From the NCBI RefSeq assembly GCF_009834535.1, contig NC_045696.1:110424001-110488000 (forward strand): DNA of 64,000 nucleotides. Reading direction: 5' to 3'. Each line of letters opens with the position of its first letter. Positions within the stretch are counted from its first letter, which is position 1. Positions 11,811 to 25,533 of the stretch are shown piece by piece. The notes under the pieces were generated by a model. It had not been told where the DNA came from. It ran no database searches and was given only the letters and a program-made list of their open reading frames with translations. The position numbers were made by a program, and so were the translations under genes. Source of the stretch: Camelus ferus (Eukaryota).

Positions 11811-14800
11811 GCACAGAGATGGAAGCCAGAAAGAGCCAGGAACCACCTGAGCATCTGCCTTCTTGTTTCTGATCTCCTTATGTGTGACCAGGAATAACTT
11901 AAAAACATAGTTTATTTTGTCCTAAAAATGCTCCCTTAGCCCGGGAACCCCTTGGTGAATGTCTTAATATCTGACTGACACTGGGTGAGGTCCTTGATTA
12001 TGACTCCATCAAGGGACAAGGCTTTGGGAACTGTCAAGCCAGCATCTGCAGGTCTTGCTGATGAAATAAGAATTTTTTTCTTGTAATGTAAGTGCAATTT
12101 TAATGTCAGGCCATCTTTGAGATGTGTAAAGTATAAAAATTATGAAACATACCAAAATGGGAAAATACTCTCATAATAGTGTTTATCATGTTAGGCTAGA
12201 AATGAAAGAGTAAATATATTTTAAAGACCTTATTAATGAGATAATGGAAAAGAATCATTACCAGAAAGAGAATTTTTTTAATCAAATGTAATATCTACAT
12301 GTATCTTCTGATAGAGAAGAAAGGCTCCTTCAAAGGTTTTCATATTAATAACCCATAACAAATAGAACAAGTGAGAAATCATATGTTCTGGTTGCTTTAA
12401 TTCACTTCTTTTCACATGTTTCAGATCAAGACCCTCTACTTCTTCTATCAAAATTCTCATACATAATGTATTATTTTCAAATAAACCACCATAAATATTT
12501 ATAATATGCTTCCATAACACTTTGGTTCTAAAGCCAATGTTTGTGTTTGTTGCATGAAAAAGTCTGCTTTTAAGTGTTTTTAGAAATTCCAAAAGGTTTT
12601 ATTTTGAAGCAACAAGCCTATTGAAAAATAAATAAACATGTTTTTACAGGCAAAACACACACACTCATATGCACACTCACACACAGATGTACATATCCTA
12701 ACAGTTTTAATATATCATCAATAATACTAACATAGCTCATTTATTGAGCACTTACTATGTGCCAGCCTTGGGTTGAGCAATTTATGGATGTTAACTTCCA
12801 CTACCCACTACTTTGTGAAGCAGACTATATTTCTGTTCTCATTTTATCATTTTTTAAATTCTGATAAAATACTAAGGCTTAAAAGGGTTAAACAAATTGC
12901 TCAGTGTCAAATCCATTAAGGATAAAAATCTTGGTTAAATAAAATATTAGTCTGAAATTGAACAATTAATACATGAACAAACTAAATTGTTTATTGTTGA
13001 TCAATTTTTAGCAGAGTTGCTGAGGGTCTGACTTTTCTATACACACATCAGCGTGACCTAAAATACCAAGGACTGAAGGAAGGAAATTACTACAGAACAA
13101 ACAAGATGCTGATTAATACATCATCCTTTCTATCCCAAATAAAGATTTCATTTATCTTACTTACATGATTCAAAAGCTAAAAAACAAACAAACAAACAAA
13201 CAAACAAAAACAAGCCTGTAGAAAATATCAAATAATAGTTTGCTATGAATAAATGTTGACTTGGTCTCTGATTAATGTTCTGGAAATAATTAAGAGTTGG
13301 TTCCAATGGAGTGGTCTTTCCTGGTTGCTGAATTTCAAGGAGTGCAAATCAATAGTTAACAGAAATAGACATAGTCGTCAGGAAATCGGGTGATAGTCAC
13401 CACACTGAATGATCACTGTCATCCTGTTTGTGTTTCTATTTCTTGCTGGAATTTTAGTTAAAATCTTAAACAGTCTTATGTTGGAAAATTTTGACTTTCC
13501 TGATTTAACAAGAAGCCCTGTTCAGGGACAAAATTTACAAATTTCCATGGAGCGGTCACATTGTTTCAATATTTGTCAGGGACCATCTTTATCCCTGTAG
13601 AACACATGTGTCCTCATACTATTTTACAGCTTTGTGTCAGTGAGACCGTGATGCTGCTCTTGATACAGTCTAAATCATTCTTTTCTTTAAGCATCATAAA
13701 GCACGTGGCCAAAAAGTAATTCTGTGGCATCTACTCTACTGAACTGAGACACAAGTCAAGTTAATGTCAAAGCTACATTGTCAATGGACTAGAATGTTAG
13801 AGTCCATTTCTTCACTCTAAGCATTACTTAAGAAATCATATTTCTGATTTTATAATTCTTTTTTGGGAGTTATGATACCTACATCAAAATCTCCTCAGCG
13901 CTGTCAGAATATTTCTCTCTTGACCTAGAAAGGGGGAACTATAATAGGTTTACTGCTGAATTAACTCCCGAAAAAGAACTGTTTGGTAAATTTGTTCAAC
14001 AACAACTCTATTTCTATTTTCATTAAGAAAAATGGGACAAAATGAAAACACTCAGTTTTATCTTTGCCTAGTGTTTCTACATTAGGTCGTTTAGCTTTGG
14101 ACCAGGTGCCAGAAATTGAATCAAGGTGCCAAGCACTCAGTCATTCACATTTTCAAACTGCCAAGGAACTCATAGGTACTCTGTGGCCAAAGCCAAACTT
14201 ATTAACCTCTGACATGGGCTCACCATAAAAAGCTGACACCACCTCATTTATATCAGCTGCACAGACATTGGCCCAAGTGTTCAAAAAACAAACAATAGAC
14301 ACTTAATTCAATAAAATGTAAATGGTAACTGCCAGTATTGGCAGTATAGTTTATTTTATGACAATCTAAGTAGAATATTTCAATGTTCTGTAGAAAAGTG
14401 ATGGGAAAAAAAGGCAACTTGCTAAGCTAGCTCAGTGAGTTAAATCTGTTGACTGTACTTTAAAAATCCTGTAATTAATATCTTACTTCCGGATTAATTT
14501 TCAGAAAGAGTCTCAAAAAACTTCACATTCCCTTATCTTCCAGTATGTCTATATGGATACTTACGTGTGGATGAAACACGTTTTCAGGGGAAGGAACTAA
14601 ATTAATAGCATAGCATTTAAGTTAGGTCCTTTTTTATTGATAACCAGTAGAACTATATTTTGTCTAAACAACAGTGCATCTAACTTAAAATAAATCTAGG
14701 TAACAACAAGCTTTCTACACAGCCTACAGAAAGGAGTTTATTCCATAAAGGTCAGTGGATCGGTTCCATTCGTCATGCTCTGCAGCAGTTAACAAGAGTG

Positions 14801-16399
14801 TAGAGAGCATGTTTATCATTCTAACACTAGAATTTTTTTTTCAGTTCATCATTTCAACTACTGACTTAGTTTGCCAAAACAAAGCACTGGCTTAAAATGA
14901 GGCAGTGAGCTTCCCTTCTGATTTAAAAGCTGTATGCTTCTCTGACAGTTCTGAGCAATACTTTTTATGGCTTTGTTTGCCTTGTTCTAAAATGAAATGA
15001 CAATTCATTTTTCATAAATAAGCTGAAGAGTGTTTCCAGCAGATATTTTTCCTTTGAAGTAAATTTAAAAGAGACTTTCAGATGTGCATGTATATATATA
15101 TATATTTTTCTTAAGTAGCAAATGGAAAATATCTCCAAAAGTTTTACCTTCCAACATCTGATAGAAAGTCTTGTAAAGCAGGATCTACTCTGTAGGCAAA
15201 TGACAAACTCTCTGAAAGTCATAATTTGCACCTCTTTTTGAACACACAATTACCACATGCTAGGGTTTGAGGGTTTCTTTCCTGTTATATTAGAAACATA
15301 ATAAAGTCATTGCTTTAGAACAAGAAAGCCTGTTCACTCTTGGACTAATGGATTTTATGCTAAAAAGTACAAATTTTGGCGTGTCCTGTTTTTCATTTGG
15401 AGGCAGTTGTGCTTCTTAAAATTTGCTTACTAACTTCCTTTACTCAATGTAGAGCTATCAAAAATCTCCAGAGTGGAAGGCAAGAGAACTTGGGTTCTGG
15501 CCTGGACACGAGCATTAGTTTTTAGGAAATACTAGTTTTTAAGAAAAATGGTGGAATCCCTTAGGCCTCAGTTCTCACAACAATAAAGCCAGGCCAGATA
15601 GTCTTCAAATCTTCCAGGTCTACAACTGTATGATTCTACAGTTTCATAAACCAAAGGAGGCAATTTGATATAAGTAAGATGTTTTGAGTCCATAAGGATT
15701 ATTTGTGAATTCTAGTATTAACTACCAAGGGGAGTAGCTGCCTGTGGTAAGGTTTTAGACACACAGCTGTGTCTGATAGTAAAGGGTGTGTTTAGAACTC
15801 ATCCTCTTCGTTAACTAAGACTTTTCTTTCATCCTCAGTTTTCTCAGAATATTGTATACAATGGCAATTATATCTGCTTTCCATGACATACCTCTTCTTT
15901 AAGGAAGTTGTTTTTATTAAATATAATAAATTCATTTTTATCATAAAAGTGAAATGATATATGCATCTTTATTACATTCTTATCTCCTACAAATACATAA
16001 AAAGAAAGTGGGTCTCTAGCTAGCACACAAGATGTAAGCTAAAATAGCTTAGAGGCATAATGCATTGCAGTTAATTATTCTATACTGTGATCCAGGAGTC
16101 ACACACATTTTTAGTATGTGGATTATCTGTATTTTACACATGGGGAAACAGGCAGACGATAAACATGCGACCTACTTATGAATACACAGTAATGTCTGAG
16201 CAAGTCAAAGATGAAAGTCCTCACTCTCCCATCCCAGTGAAAGTCATAATGCTTAGCTCACCATGACTCCCTTCCCCTTGCCTCTGGAATTTTATAATTC
16301 ATATATTTCAAAATATCTGTATAGCACAGACCAAAACTTTGATTAGCACCATTAACATCAAAAACCATAAGCAAAAATCATAAGCAAAAACTGGAAGCA

Positions 16400-18140
16400 G
16401 TATCAGTATAAAATAAAACAAGAGATGAATACCCTTAACATACAAATTTCTGGAACAAACAGGAAATAAAAGTAAGACTCATACTGGTAAGCCATGGACA
16501 AGTGAGCCCAGTATAGGAACTGGCTATTCAGAAATGAGGAAAATAGTTTAGTAAATCTCACTTAAAAGTTCAAACTCATTAATAATAAAAGAAACACAAA
16601 TTGACACTATGAGAAATACTGCCTTTAACACATCAAAGGAAAAAATATTTACAGAGGACTAGTACTCAGTGAGAGGCTATGATGGGACAGCTATTCTCAT
16701 ATGCTCCTAGAGGGAATTTAAGTTGTCACGTTCTTTCCCGGAAAGCAATTTGGGGATCTGATGTGTATTGAGTCTTAAAGATGTTCCATACTGTTGGGCC
16801 CAGCAATTCCCCTTCCAGGAATGCACCCAAAAGAAACAATCCAAAGTGCACATACATGTATACAAAAAAGCCCCAGCATTTTTATCATAAATATTATTTA
16901 CAATAGAAAAAAATAGAAAACCTAAATGTCCAAAAATAAAGAAACAGTTAAATTATGGCACATCCATAGCATAGAAAGTTACACAGCCCTGGATACTATT
17001 CATGAAGTATTTTCAGTGACATGTGAAAAAGTTAATGAACTAGAGGGGGAAAAAATTACAAAGCTATGTACACAGTGTGATGTCAAGTATGTTAATATTT
17101 AAGGCAGGTCATAATCAAAACATAAAAATAAAGCCTTTCAAAAAATATGGGAATATTTTCATAATCTGAGAGTGGGCAAAGATTTCTTAGGCAGAATGTA
17201 TAAAATGATAAACACGGAAGAAAATTTTGATAAATTAGATTTCATCAAGATTTAAAACTTGTGCTTATCAAAAGACAACATCAAGAAAAAGAATAGGCAA
17301 GCCATTGCTTACAGAAAAAAATCCACAAATCACATTTTTGATAAAGGATTTATACTCAGAACATAAAATGAATTATCACTACTACTACTACTACAATCAT
17401 AAATAAATAAAAAATTGGCAAACACAAAGCGGACACTTCACAAAGGAAAATATACAAATGGCCAATAGCATACACAAAAAGTTCCACATTATTAGTCATT
17501 AGAGAAATAAAAGCTAAAACCCCAATGAGATACCACTACACAACCACTGAAATGGATAAAATTAAAAAGACTAAAAATATCAAATGTTGGCAAGGATGCA
17601 GAGCAACCAGACCTTACACATCCCTAGTAGGAATATAAAATTGTTACAACCACTTCAGGGAAAAGGTTTGGCAGTTTCTTACGAAGTTAAACATGCACAA
17701 TTCTACTCCGAGGCATTATCTGAGGGAATTCAAAAATTTATGTCCACCGAAAGGCTTGCACAAGCATGTACACCGCAGCTCTAGTCACAATCGCCAAAAA
17801 CTGGAATCACCTTAAACGTCTATCACCATCAGAACAGGTAAAATGTGACATACATGCAATGGAATCCTCCTGAACAGTGAAAAGGAATGGACTACTTTTC
17901 ATAAAACAACATTGATGAATCTCACAGACATAATACTGAGCAAAAGAAACACAACAGATGACATACTGAGTTATTTCACAAAAATGAATTTCTTAAACAG
18001 GCAAAACAAATACAAGGTAAAATAAAAAATGAAAATAGTGGTTTTTCTCAAGAATGGAAAGAAGAGCAATAGGGACAGTCTGGAAAGAGACATGAAGGGA
18101 ATTTTCTGGGTTGATTAAAATGCTCTCTGTCACGCTAGGG
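16400..18140 (+). mobile_element. Old L1M (ORF2 end / 3'UTR) fragments
   Basis: GGCAAAGATTTCTTAG, CATTATTAGTCATTAGAGAAAT..AATGAGATACCACTACAC, AAATGTTGGCAAGGATGCAGAGCAAC. Confidence 0.75.
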
Positions 18141-18144
18141 CATG

Positions 18145-18523
18145 TGTATTGATCTGCTATGGCTGCCATGAGAAAATTCCACAGACTGGGAGGCTTAAAC
18201 AACATTTATTTTTCATAATTCTAGGCACTGGAAATCCAAGATCAAGGTGGTGGCAAGTTTGGGTTCATTCTGAAGCTTCTCTTGGCTATAGGTAGTCACC
18301 ATCTTGCTGTGTGCTCATGTAGTCCTTCCTCTCCGTGCAGGGAAAGATCTCTGGGTCTCTTCCTTTTCTTATAAGAACATCAGTTCTGTTGGATTAAGGC
18401 CCCACCCTAATGACCTCACTTCATCTTTATTACCTCCTTATAGGCTCTGTCTCAAAAAACAGTCACATTGGGGGTTAGGGCTTCAAATTATGAACCTTAG
18501 GCGATACAGTTCAGTCCATAGCA
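18145..18523 (-). mobile_element. MaLR solo LTR (MLT1A/B-like) inserted in L1
   Basis: TG...CA ends, GGCTTAAACAAC..AAATCCAAGATCAAGGTG, 5-bp TSD GCATG/GTATG. Confidence 0.8.
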
Positions 18524-19149
18524 GTATGGTAACACGGGTAGATCCACTTGCCAATATTGTGTAGGTATGATTTGTCTTTTCAATGTTTATAAATTCTACT
18601 GCAAAAATTATAAGTTGAGGGTTGGAGAGTGGAAAGACGAATAGGTGTAACAATAATTACATGAAATAATAATTAGAATGTTGAACAATTTTGAACTTTG
18701 GTGATAAGTCTAATAAGGGAAAATGACATGTGTCAATGGAAGATACTCTGCAGAGATGACAAGTCTGTGTGACATTCCCCTGAGTTGAACTCTGCCTTAG
18801 CTATGTTTGCATTGTGTTTCTTGGGTGGGTCATTTTCTGGGCTTGATTTATTCATCTAGAGAATGCACTCATCATGGAGACTTACTAAGTGCTCATTAGG
18901 TGCAGGACACCCGGCACTCCGGTGGGTTTAGCTGACATTATCACCAAAGTCCTATTCAGCATTTAAATTCTATGACCATTTTATTCAATGCAAGTTGCTC
19001 TCTCTCTCACTACATACAATTCTCATTACTTTTAACCTTTATACCTTGTGTTTATTTTTCCAACTTGGAGAGATGAGATTCCATAGACCAGGGCAGCGGG
19101 CATCTTTCAGCAGACTTATTTTCTAGTGAAATCTTTCAGTCTAGTAAGA

Positions 19150-20250
19150 TTTCTGGAAGCTATGTTCAAGAATATAGATAAAAATATGGAGAATTTTATG
19201 AAAGAACTAAACTCTTTTGAAGGAATTAAATTAAACTTCTAGTATAAATAAACAAATATAACTAAGTGAATAAATATGTGAATTAACTAGATGATTCTAA
19301 AGTTAGATTAAACTCAGTACGAGAGGATTAGTGAAATTGAAGATAGGTCAGTATAAAATATCCAGATTGAAGTACAGTGAGAATAAAAGAACAGAAAATG
19401 CCTAAAGAAGATGAGACATATAAGATAAGGTGAAAAGGTCCAACATACATTTAATCAAAGAACCAGAATAGAAAGAGATTTGGGCAAAAACAATATCTGA
19501 GTCAAAGATATTAGCTAGAATTTGTAAATACGATCAGTTTAAGACATCAAGCCTTAGGCTCAAGAAACTCTAAAATCCCAATTATGCAAAAAGTCACAGT
19601 CAAACTGCTGAAAATGAAAGATAAAGAGAAAATCAAAAAGCAGTCACGCACAGCAGGGGCATGGGGAACATTATCTTCAAGGGCTCAGTAAGAAGACTTA
19701 TAGTTGACTGAGAAACACAGCAATGAAATCTGGACGTCAATAGAATGCCACATTTAACATGCTGCCAGCCTATAGAATTGTACGTTCAGCAAAAATCTCC
19801 TTCCAAAAAGAAAGCGAAATAAAGATGTTTCAACACAGACAGAAATGGAGAGAGTTTGTTGCCAGCAGGCTTTCCCTAAAAGAAAATACTAAAGGGAATG
19901 GAAGCAGAATGGAAGCAGAATGCAGCAAAGCAACAGAAAGGGGGAAAGGGACATAAATATGAATTAGCATCAACTATAGAAAAAGAATGTCTTACAGGAT
20001 TTTAAATATACGTGTGAATTAAATGCGTAAAGACAAAGGCACAGAAGTTGAAGGAGAGTATAGGAAGTTTGTTTTTCAATTCTCGAATTTTATGAGAAGT
20101 GCTAAAAGCTCTAATTCACAATAAACTCTAATAAACCAAGGATACACGTTGAAATGTTTAGAGCAACCCCTAAACGATTAATACATAAATGTCTAACAAG
20201 CAAATATGGAGAAATGGAATAATATTTTTAAATACTTGATAAATCTTAAT
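19150..20250 (+). mobile_element. Ancient L1/HAL1 ORF1 relic
   Basis: GGATTAGTGAAATTGAAGATAG; translation AKISFQKESEIKMFQHRQKWREFVASRLSLKE resembles the ORF1p C-terminus. Confidence 0.7.
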
Positions 20251-20918
20251 GAAGATTTTTTTTTCCTTTTAAATGGAAGTAGAACTCCAGCAACTGTTGG
20301 ATCTAGGTCTTTGGTTCATTTTGAGAAAAAAAAAATTTTTTTTAAAGAAGAGGAAAAAAATAAAATATTAAGTCACGTGTATTGACAATAAATATTGTCA
20401 ATTTATATGTGGCTTCTGTAACTACTGTATTTAAATCCAAGAAATTAATAAAGAAAAATTACCCAGGGTAGAAACTTTGTGATAGAGTTCAATAATATAT
20501 AGCAATTACTTCTAAGGAAAGAAAAGTAATTTCAAAAAACCTAGGTAGTTCTTGGGAAGCCAATTTACTCTAAGAAGCTGAAACATTCAAGATAATTTAA
20601 TGTGGAGGAAACAGTGACTAAAATTACTTTTTAGGAGATGATGGGAAGCCTGATGTTTTATTTCTTAAGGTAAAGAAGGATGTAATTTACTCAAAGGGTG
20701 TTTGTTCAAAATCCAAGGAACTAATATTTGATAGATGTGGGTTTATCCTCTGACTTCACTGCAGCAATGTTCTGCGAAACCATGCTAGAATTCATGTTTA
20801 TTCTTTTAGTGAGTGAATCTCCCAAGGTAGAGTTCAAAGAGGATATTTTTACATGCATATTTTATCTTTATAGCAAAATCTTTTAAAGGAATTAATTATA
20901 TGTGTGTATTTATACCTG

Positions 20919-20952
20919 CACACACACACGCACACACACACACACTCACTCA
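20919..20952. repeat. (CA)n microsatellite
   Basis: Interrupted CA run followed by CTCA repeats. Confidence 0.8.
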
Positions 20953-21109
20953 CTCGTAGAGGCATGAGTGGAAGCAACTGCCATCCAAGGTTATTCCATA
21001 TACCTGAAATTTCAAAAACTGAAATTTCTTGATGAAAGGCCACCATCATCTTTTTTTTTTAAGAAAATATATTAACTACTTATATATTATCCACTTTTTA
21101 AAATATAGA

Positions 21110-21204
21110 AATTAAAAAAAAAAACTATTATAAACTGAGAGTTGAGCTCAGGACCTCGCGCATGCTAAGCATGCACTCTACCACTTGAGCTATACCTTCT
21201 CCCC
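21110..21204 (-). mobile_element. tRNA-derived SINE head (Vic-1-like)
   Basis: Reverse complement GGGGAGAAGGTATAGCTCAAGTGGTAGAGTGCATGCTTAGCATGCGCGAGGTCCTGAGCTCAA. Confidence 0.8.
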
Positions 21205-21369
21205 TCTTAAGTGGTATTTTTAAACTACTCTAAAGGGAAAGTGTGGATAACCACCAAGGAGGTAAATTAACCTATGGAAGTGTAGGATGAAACAGAGCAG
21301 TGGATGTGAATCTCTGGAAACTTCCTAGTGATTGGAAATCATGTAAATTTGCATGAACTGGCTTTGAGA

Positions 21370-22000
21370 AGGTGGTACGACCCTGTTGGTAGGTCACAGA
21401 TGTTATTTAATTGCCTGATTTGAAGATTAAGTGGTATAAGAAAAAGGACTGTGACAACTCTTCTCTGGGAAAAAATTAGAAGATAAGCTTTCACAAGGTA
21501 TAATTTGAGTTGTAAATGATTGTCCAGTGGAAGTGCACTTGACAAAAGACAATGCGAAAAAGGACAAGGGGGAGAAGCTCAAGGGTGGGAGGGTGGATAT
21601 AAATATCACCTGTTCAGGGACAGTACTGACCTCATGACTGAGGATGGGGCCACTCAAAACCCAAACACACTGGGAGAGAAGCAGAGTACACAATTTGGGG
21701 GAGACTCCCTGAGTCCAACAGAAGGGGAGAAAATGTTAATTATAGGTAATAAAAAGTGATGAAGCAAACAACTCCCTATTACTACACCCTGTAATTCTGT
21801 GCTACCAACTAATGCTTCATCAAGACTAAAATTGTATTCTATTCCGGTTATGTTTCCTGCACCATGATAAACAACTCTTCCCTCCATTGTCTGGGCAGCA
21901 TGTTTTTGTGGATTTTGTCAGTTTGTGAGTTTGTCATCATCTGAAAAACGGATGTGTAGAAGATAACTCAGATCCTGCTAAAAAAGAAGACTGGCATCTT
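21370..22000 (+). mobile_element. Possible ancient RTE-clade LINE reverse-transcriptase relic
   Basis: Frameshifted motifs in RT order: SGIRK.G/C..SSL, RVGGW.., LFRDSTDL..SxQFG..KMLIIG, VDFVSL..NGCVED. Confidence 0.4.
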
Positions 22001-24019
22001 CCACCTTTTGACCTCAGAACTTAACAGACCATCTTCCTAGAATGGTTTGATTGATTCAGACTGGAAGAGCCACAAAAGTTGTCAAGAGACACCAATTTAA
22101 GGACAGTGGTGATATCTGCTTAAGGACACAGATATGCCACTGTTTTCTATGTACAGGGAAGCTGGCTTTGAACTGTCAATCAAAACAGCATTCAGAGAAT
22201 GAAATACTTATGTCAGGCTTGTGAAATATTCTTTAGGGTCACCTTATTGAGTTACTTAGAGAAAAGAATTCAGCTAAATTAAGTAGACTGTTTTCTGGAT
22301 CTCTGCAGAACAAATATAATGAATTCTAATACTGTCCAGTTTACCCATTTGGCTATTGACAACTGCTAAGAATTTAACTACTACCAGCTCCATTTTCAGA
22401 TGAGGACACTGAAGAGCGAGCAGTCACCCAGCTTGCTACAAAATCTTACTAGAACCTAAGCAATGGGAGTTACATAACAGCCTGTTCCTTCTCCTCCAGG
22501 TTCCTTCTCTGATGGAGCATCTGTCTCAGCCCAATGGAATGTGCCTACTTGAACCTGGGCTATAGCGGTCCACATTTTAACTTTTTTGAGAGTAAATTTT
22601 CTTTATTAAGATAGAGTAGACACTTAGAAAATGCAAAAATCATAGGTGTAAAGCTCAGTTAATTATTCTAAAGTGAACAACTCATGTTACTACCTCCTAG
22701 ATCAAAGAATGGGACACTAGTGGCAACCTAGAAGGCCCACAGCATGCAGAAGCTTTTCAGTTTTGCTGTAATCCACTCATATATTTTTGCTTTGCTGCCA
22801 AGACCAATGTCAGGGATCCTCTATGTTTTCTTTGAGTCTTCTCTCTCTTTTTCTTAGTCTAGCTAGTTTTATCAAAAGAACCAACTCTCAGTCTTGTTGA
22901 TCTTTTCTATAGCTTTCCTATTCTCTATTTAATTTACTACTTCTCCACTCTTTATCACTTCCTTCTGTAGGTAACCTCTTCATACCTACAGAGGGCCACA
23001 AACATGAACAGGGGTGACAGCAAAGATTTCATAACCTGAGGATGGATGTATTCTTAGATAATCTGAGTTAATATGCTGGAAGTGTGATTTCACAGAATAC
23101 ATAATACAACGGTGTTAAAATTATTTTTATTCTGCACTTACCATAAATAGTATTCTGCATGCTGAGCTGAAACAATAACCACCTTGTCTAACATTGTCTC
23201 TTGAGAAACTAAGGTTCAAATACTAAATACTATCCATATACTACTTGTGAAGAAATATAGTTATTTTTCTTGCAACCACAGACCTCTGCTAATGCCCCAG
23301 TATCTGACTTAAGTCAGAGAAGGCAATTCCTTTATCAAATGTATGCAGTAGTGAAGACTTCAGTTCTTCTCTGTGGGGGCTGATTAAATCTGGCTCCTTG
23401 CCTGCTTCCTGTCATGAGGGTCATGAGTATGGGTAAGAAGTGATGTCACTAATGACAGCCTGAAGTGGGCACTGGCTACCAGATTTGGCATGGGTGGTTC
23501 CATAAAAGAAACTAAGGTTATATTTAACTGCACAGTTGAACATGAACGGGGAGGAAGGTAAGGGGGAGAATAGCCCTAAATTTCAGAAACAAAAGGACAT
23601 CCCTCAGAAAGCAAGAAATACATGGCTTCCTGCATCCTAGAAGTTGCTTCTGCTACAGAAAAATAGACCTGCTTTATTTGTTAAACAAACGTCCAAAAAG
23701 TGACGTACGCTTTAGAACCACAAGTAAATATATTTGATATCATATTCTTAACAAGATCCACTGCAGCTCTTTTTAAATCATGGCCTCTGATAGATCCATA
23801 CATTTCCTTAGTCCAAGATGAAGCAGCCCAGGGCAACCCTACCCACAGAGAACACAGCTCGTGAGGAATGGACACTCCATACTTAAAATATTCTTACTGT
23901 CAACTTCCCTTCCACTGCACCTGTGCGTGTTGCCTTTGTTTCACTCTTGTACTCACCTAGGCATTAAACTCTTCCTCTTCACCGATTTCTAGGAAAAAAA
24001 AAATCAAAAATCCAATCAT

Positions 24020-24500
24020 ATATCACTCATATGTAGAATCTAAAAAAAAAAAAAGAAAACCACACACACACACAAATAAACTTATTTACAAAACAGAAAC
24101 AGAAATTTATTCACAGACATAGAAAACAAACTGATGGTTACCAGGGGAGGAAGGGAGTTGGAAGGGATAAATGGGAATTTGAGATTTGCAGATACTAACT
24201 ATTATATATAAAATAGATAAACAAGTTGCTTTCGTATAGCATAGGGAACTATATTCAATATCTTGTAGTAACCTATGGAGAAAAAGAATATGAAAACAAA
24301 TATATGTATGTATATGTATGACTGAACTATTATGATATACACCAGAAACTGACACAACATTGTAAACTGACAATACTTTAATTAAAAAAAAAGAATATGA
24401 AAAGGAATGTACGTCTGTATATGTGTGACTGAAACATTATGCTGTATACCAGGAATTGATGCAACATTGTAAACTGACTATACTTCAATACCAAAAAAAA
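24020..24500 (+). mobile_element. L1 3' end with two tandem 3' tails
   Basis: TATCACTCATATGTAGAATCT...ACAACATTGTAAACTGAC, the terminal segment present twice; flanking AAAAATCCAATCA direct repeat. Confidence 0.85.
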
Positions 24501-25093
24501 TCCAATCACAGCAATCTTTTTGTGAGGGTGAACGTTTATTGAAGATTTGGAACATTTCAGGGGAAGTACTGCACAACATTCTACCATCTCTCCACAATCT
24601 TCCTTCCTCTTTTTCCATTTTCTTCAATCTCCTCCCTTCCCTGTTTGGACTCACTCAGCACGGCTCTCTATCAGTCAGGACAGGCTGCGAAGTGCCATGG
24701 AACAAAACAACCCCCAAACCTGCGGCTTAATACAAACATTTATCTGGGAATGAGACCTTCTCTGGTGTGCTTTGAGAGTACCCACAGAGGAAATCTGAGC
24801 CTAAGCCCTACATTTACACCTTTTACATCATGGATAGTTATTCAGAGACTGAAAATATTACAATATGCCAAGGAGGACCTTATAATTCCATAAAAGGAGA
24901 ACTTTATTTTGGCCTAATGATTGCTAGATTAGCAGTTCCTTCAGAATATGTGGTAACTTTAAAAAATTCAGATGCCTGGACCTCATCCATAGATATTTTG
25001 ATTCAGTAGATTTGATGTGGGGTTCAGGACTCTAAATTTTTATCAAGCTCTCCAGGTACTTCTGAAAATTATCCTGGTTTGAAACCTCTAGTT

Positions 25094-25330
25094 CAGGGGT
25101 CAGTTCAGGGGTCAGCAAACTACAGCCTTCAAGCTGAATCTAACCTTGCCACCTGTTTTTGTAAATAAAGTTTAACTGGAATGCAGACATGCTCATTCAT
25201 TTATGTACTGTGGATGGCTGTTTTTGTGCTATAATGGCAGAGCTGAGTAATTGAGACAGAGACCATATGGCCCATAAAATGTAAATTATTTACAATCAAT
25301 TCCTTTATAGAAAAAGTTTGCAGACCCCTG
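25094..25330. mobile_element. hAT-Charlie MITE (MER58A-like)
   Basis: TIRs CAGGGGTCAGCAAACT / AGTTTGCAGACCCCTG; imperfect 8-bp TSD CTCTAGTT / CTCTTGTC. Confidence 0.85.
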
Positions 25331-25516
25331 CTCTTGTCTGTTTCAGGACTAATTTCCAGAGTCATGTTATTATTAGTGGCGGGAACTAAATAAAGCAATA
25401 TAGGTGATCACTACTGAAAATAACAATACCTGGACTGAATTCTTACAATCTTTATCTTTATATGAGAAAGATGATTCTCTTCTGTATATACAAACTACCA
25501 ATTTTTTCCTGAGTTA

Positions 25517-25533
25517 TACTGCCCCCTAATGGT
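25517..25533 (-). promoter_or_regulatory. Candidate CTCF site
   Basis: Reverse strand reads ACCATTAGGGGGCAGTA, close to the CTCF core CCASYAGRKGGCRS, in apparently unique DNA. Confidence 0.4.
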
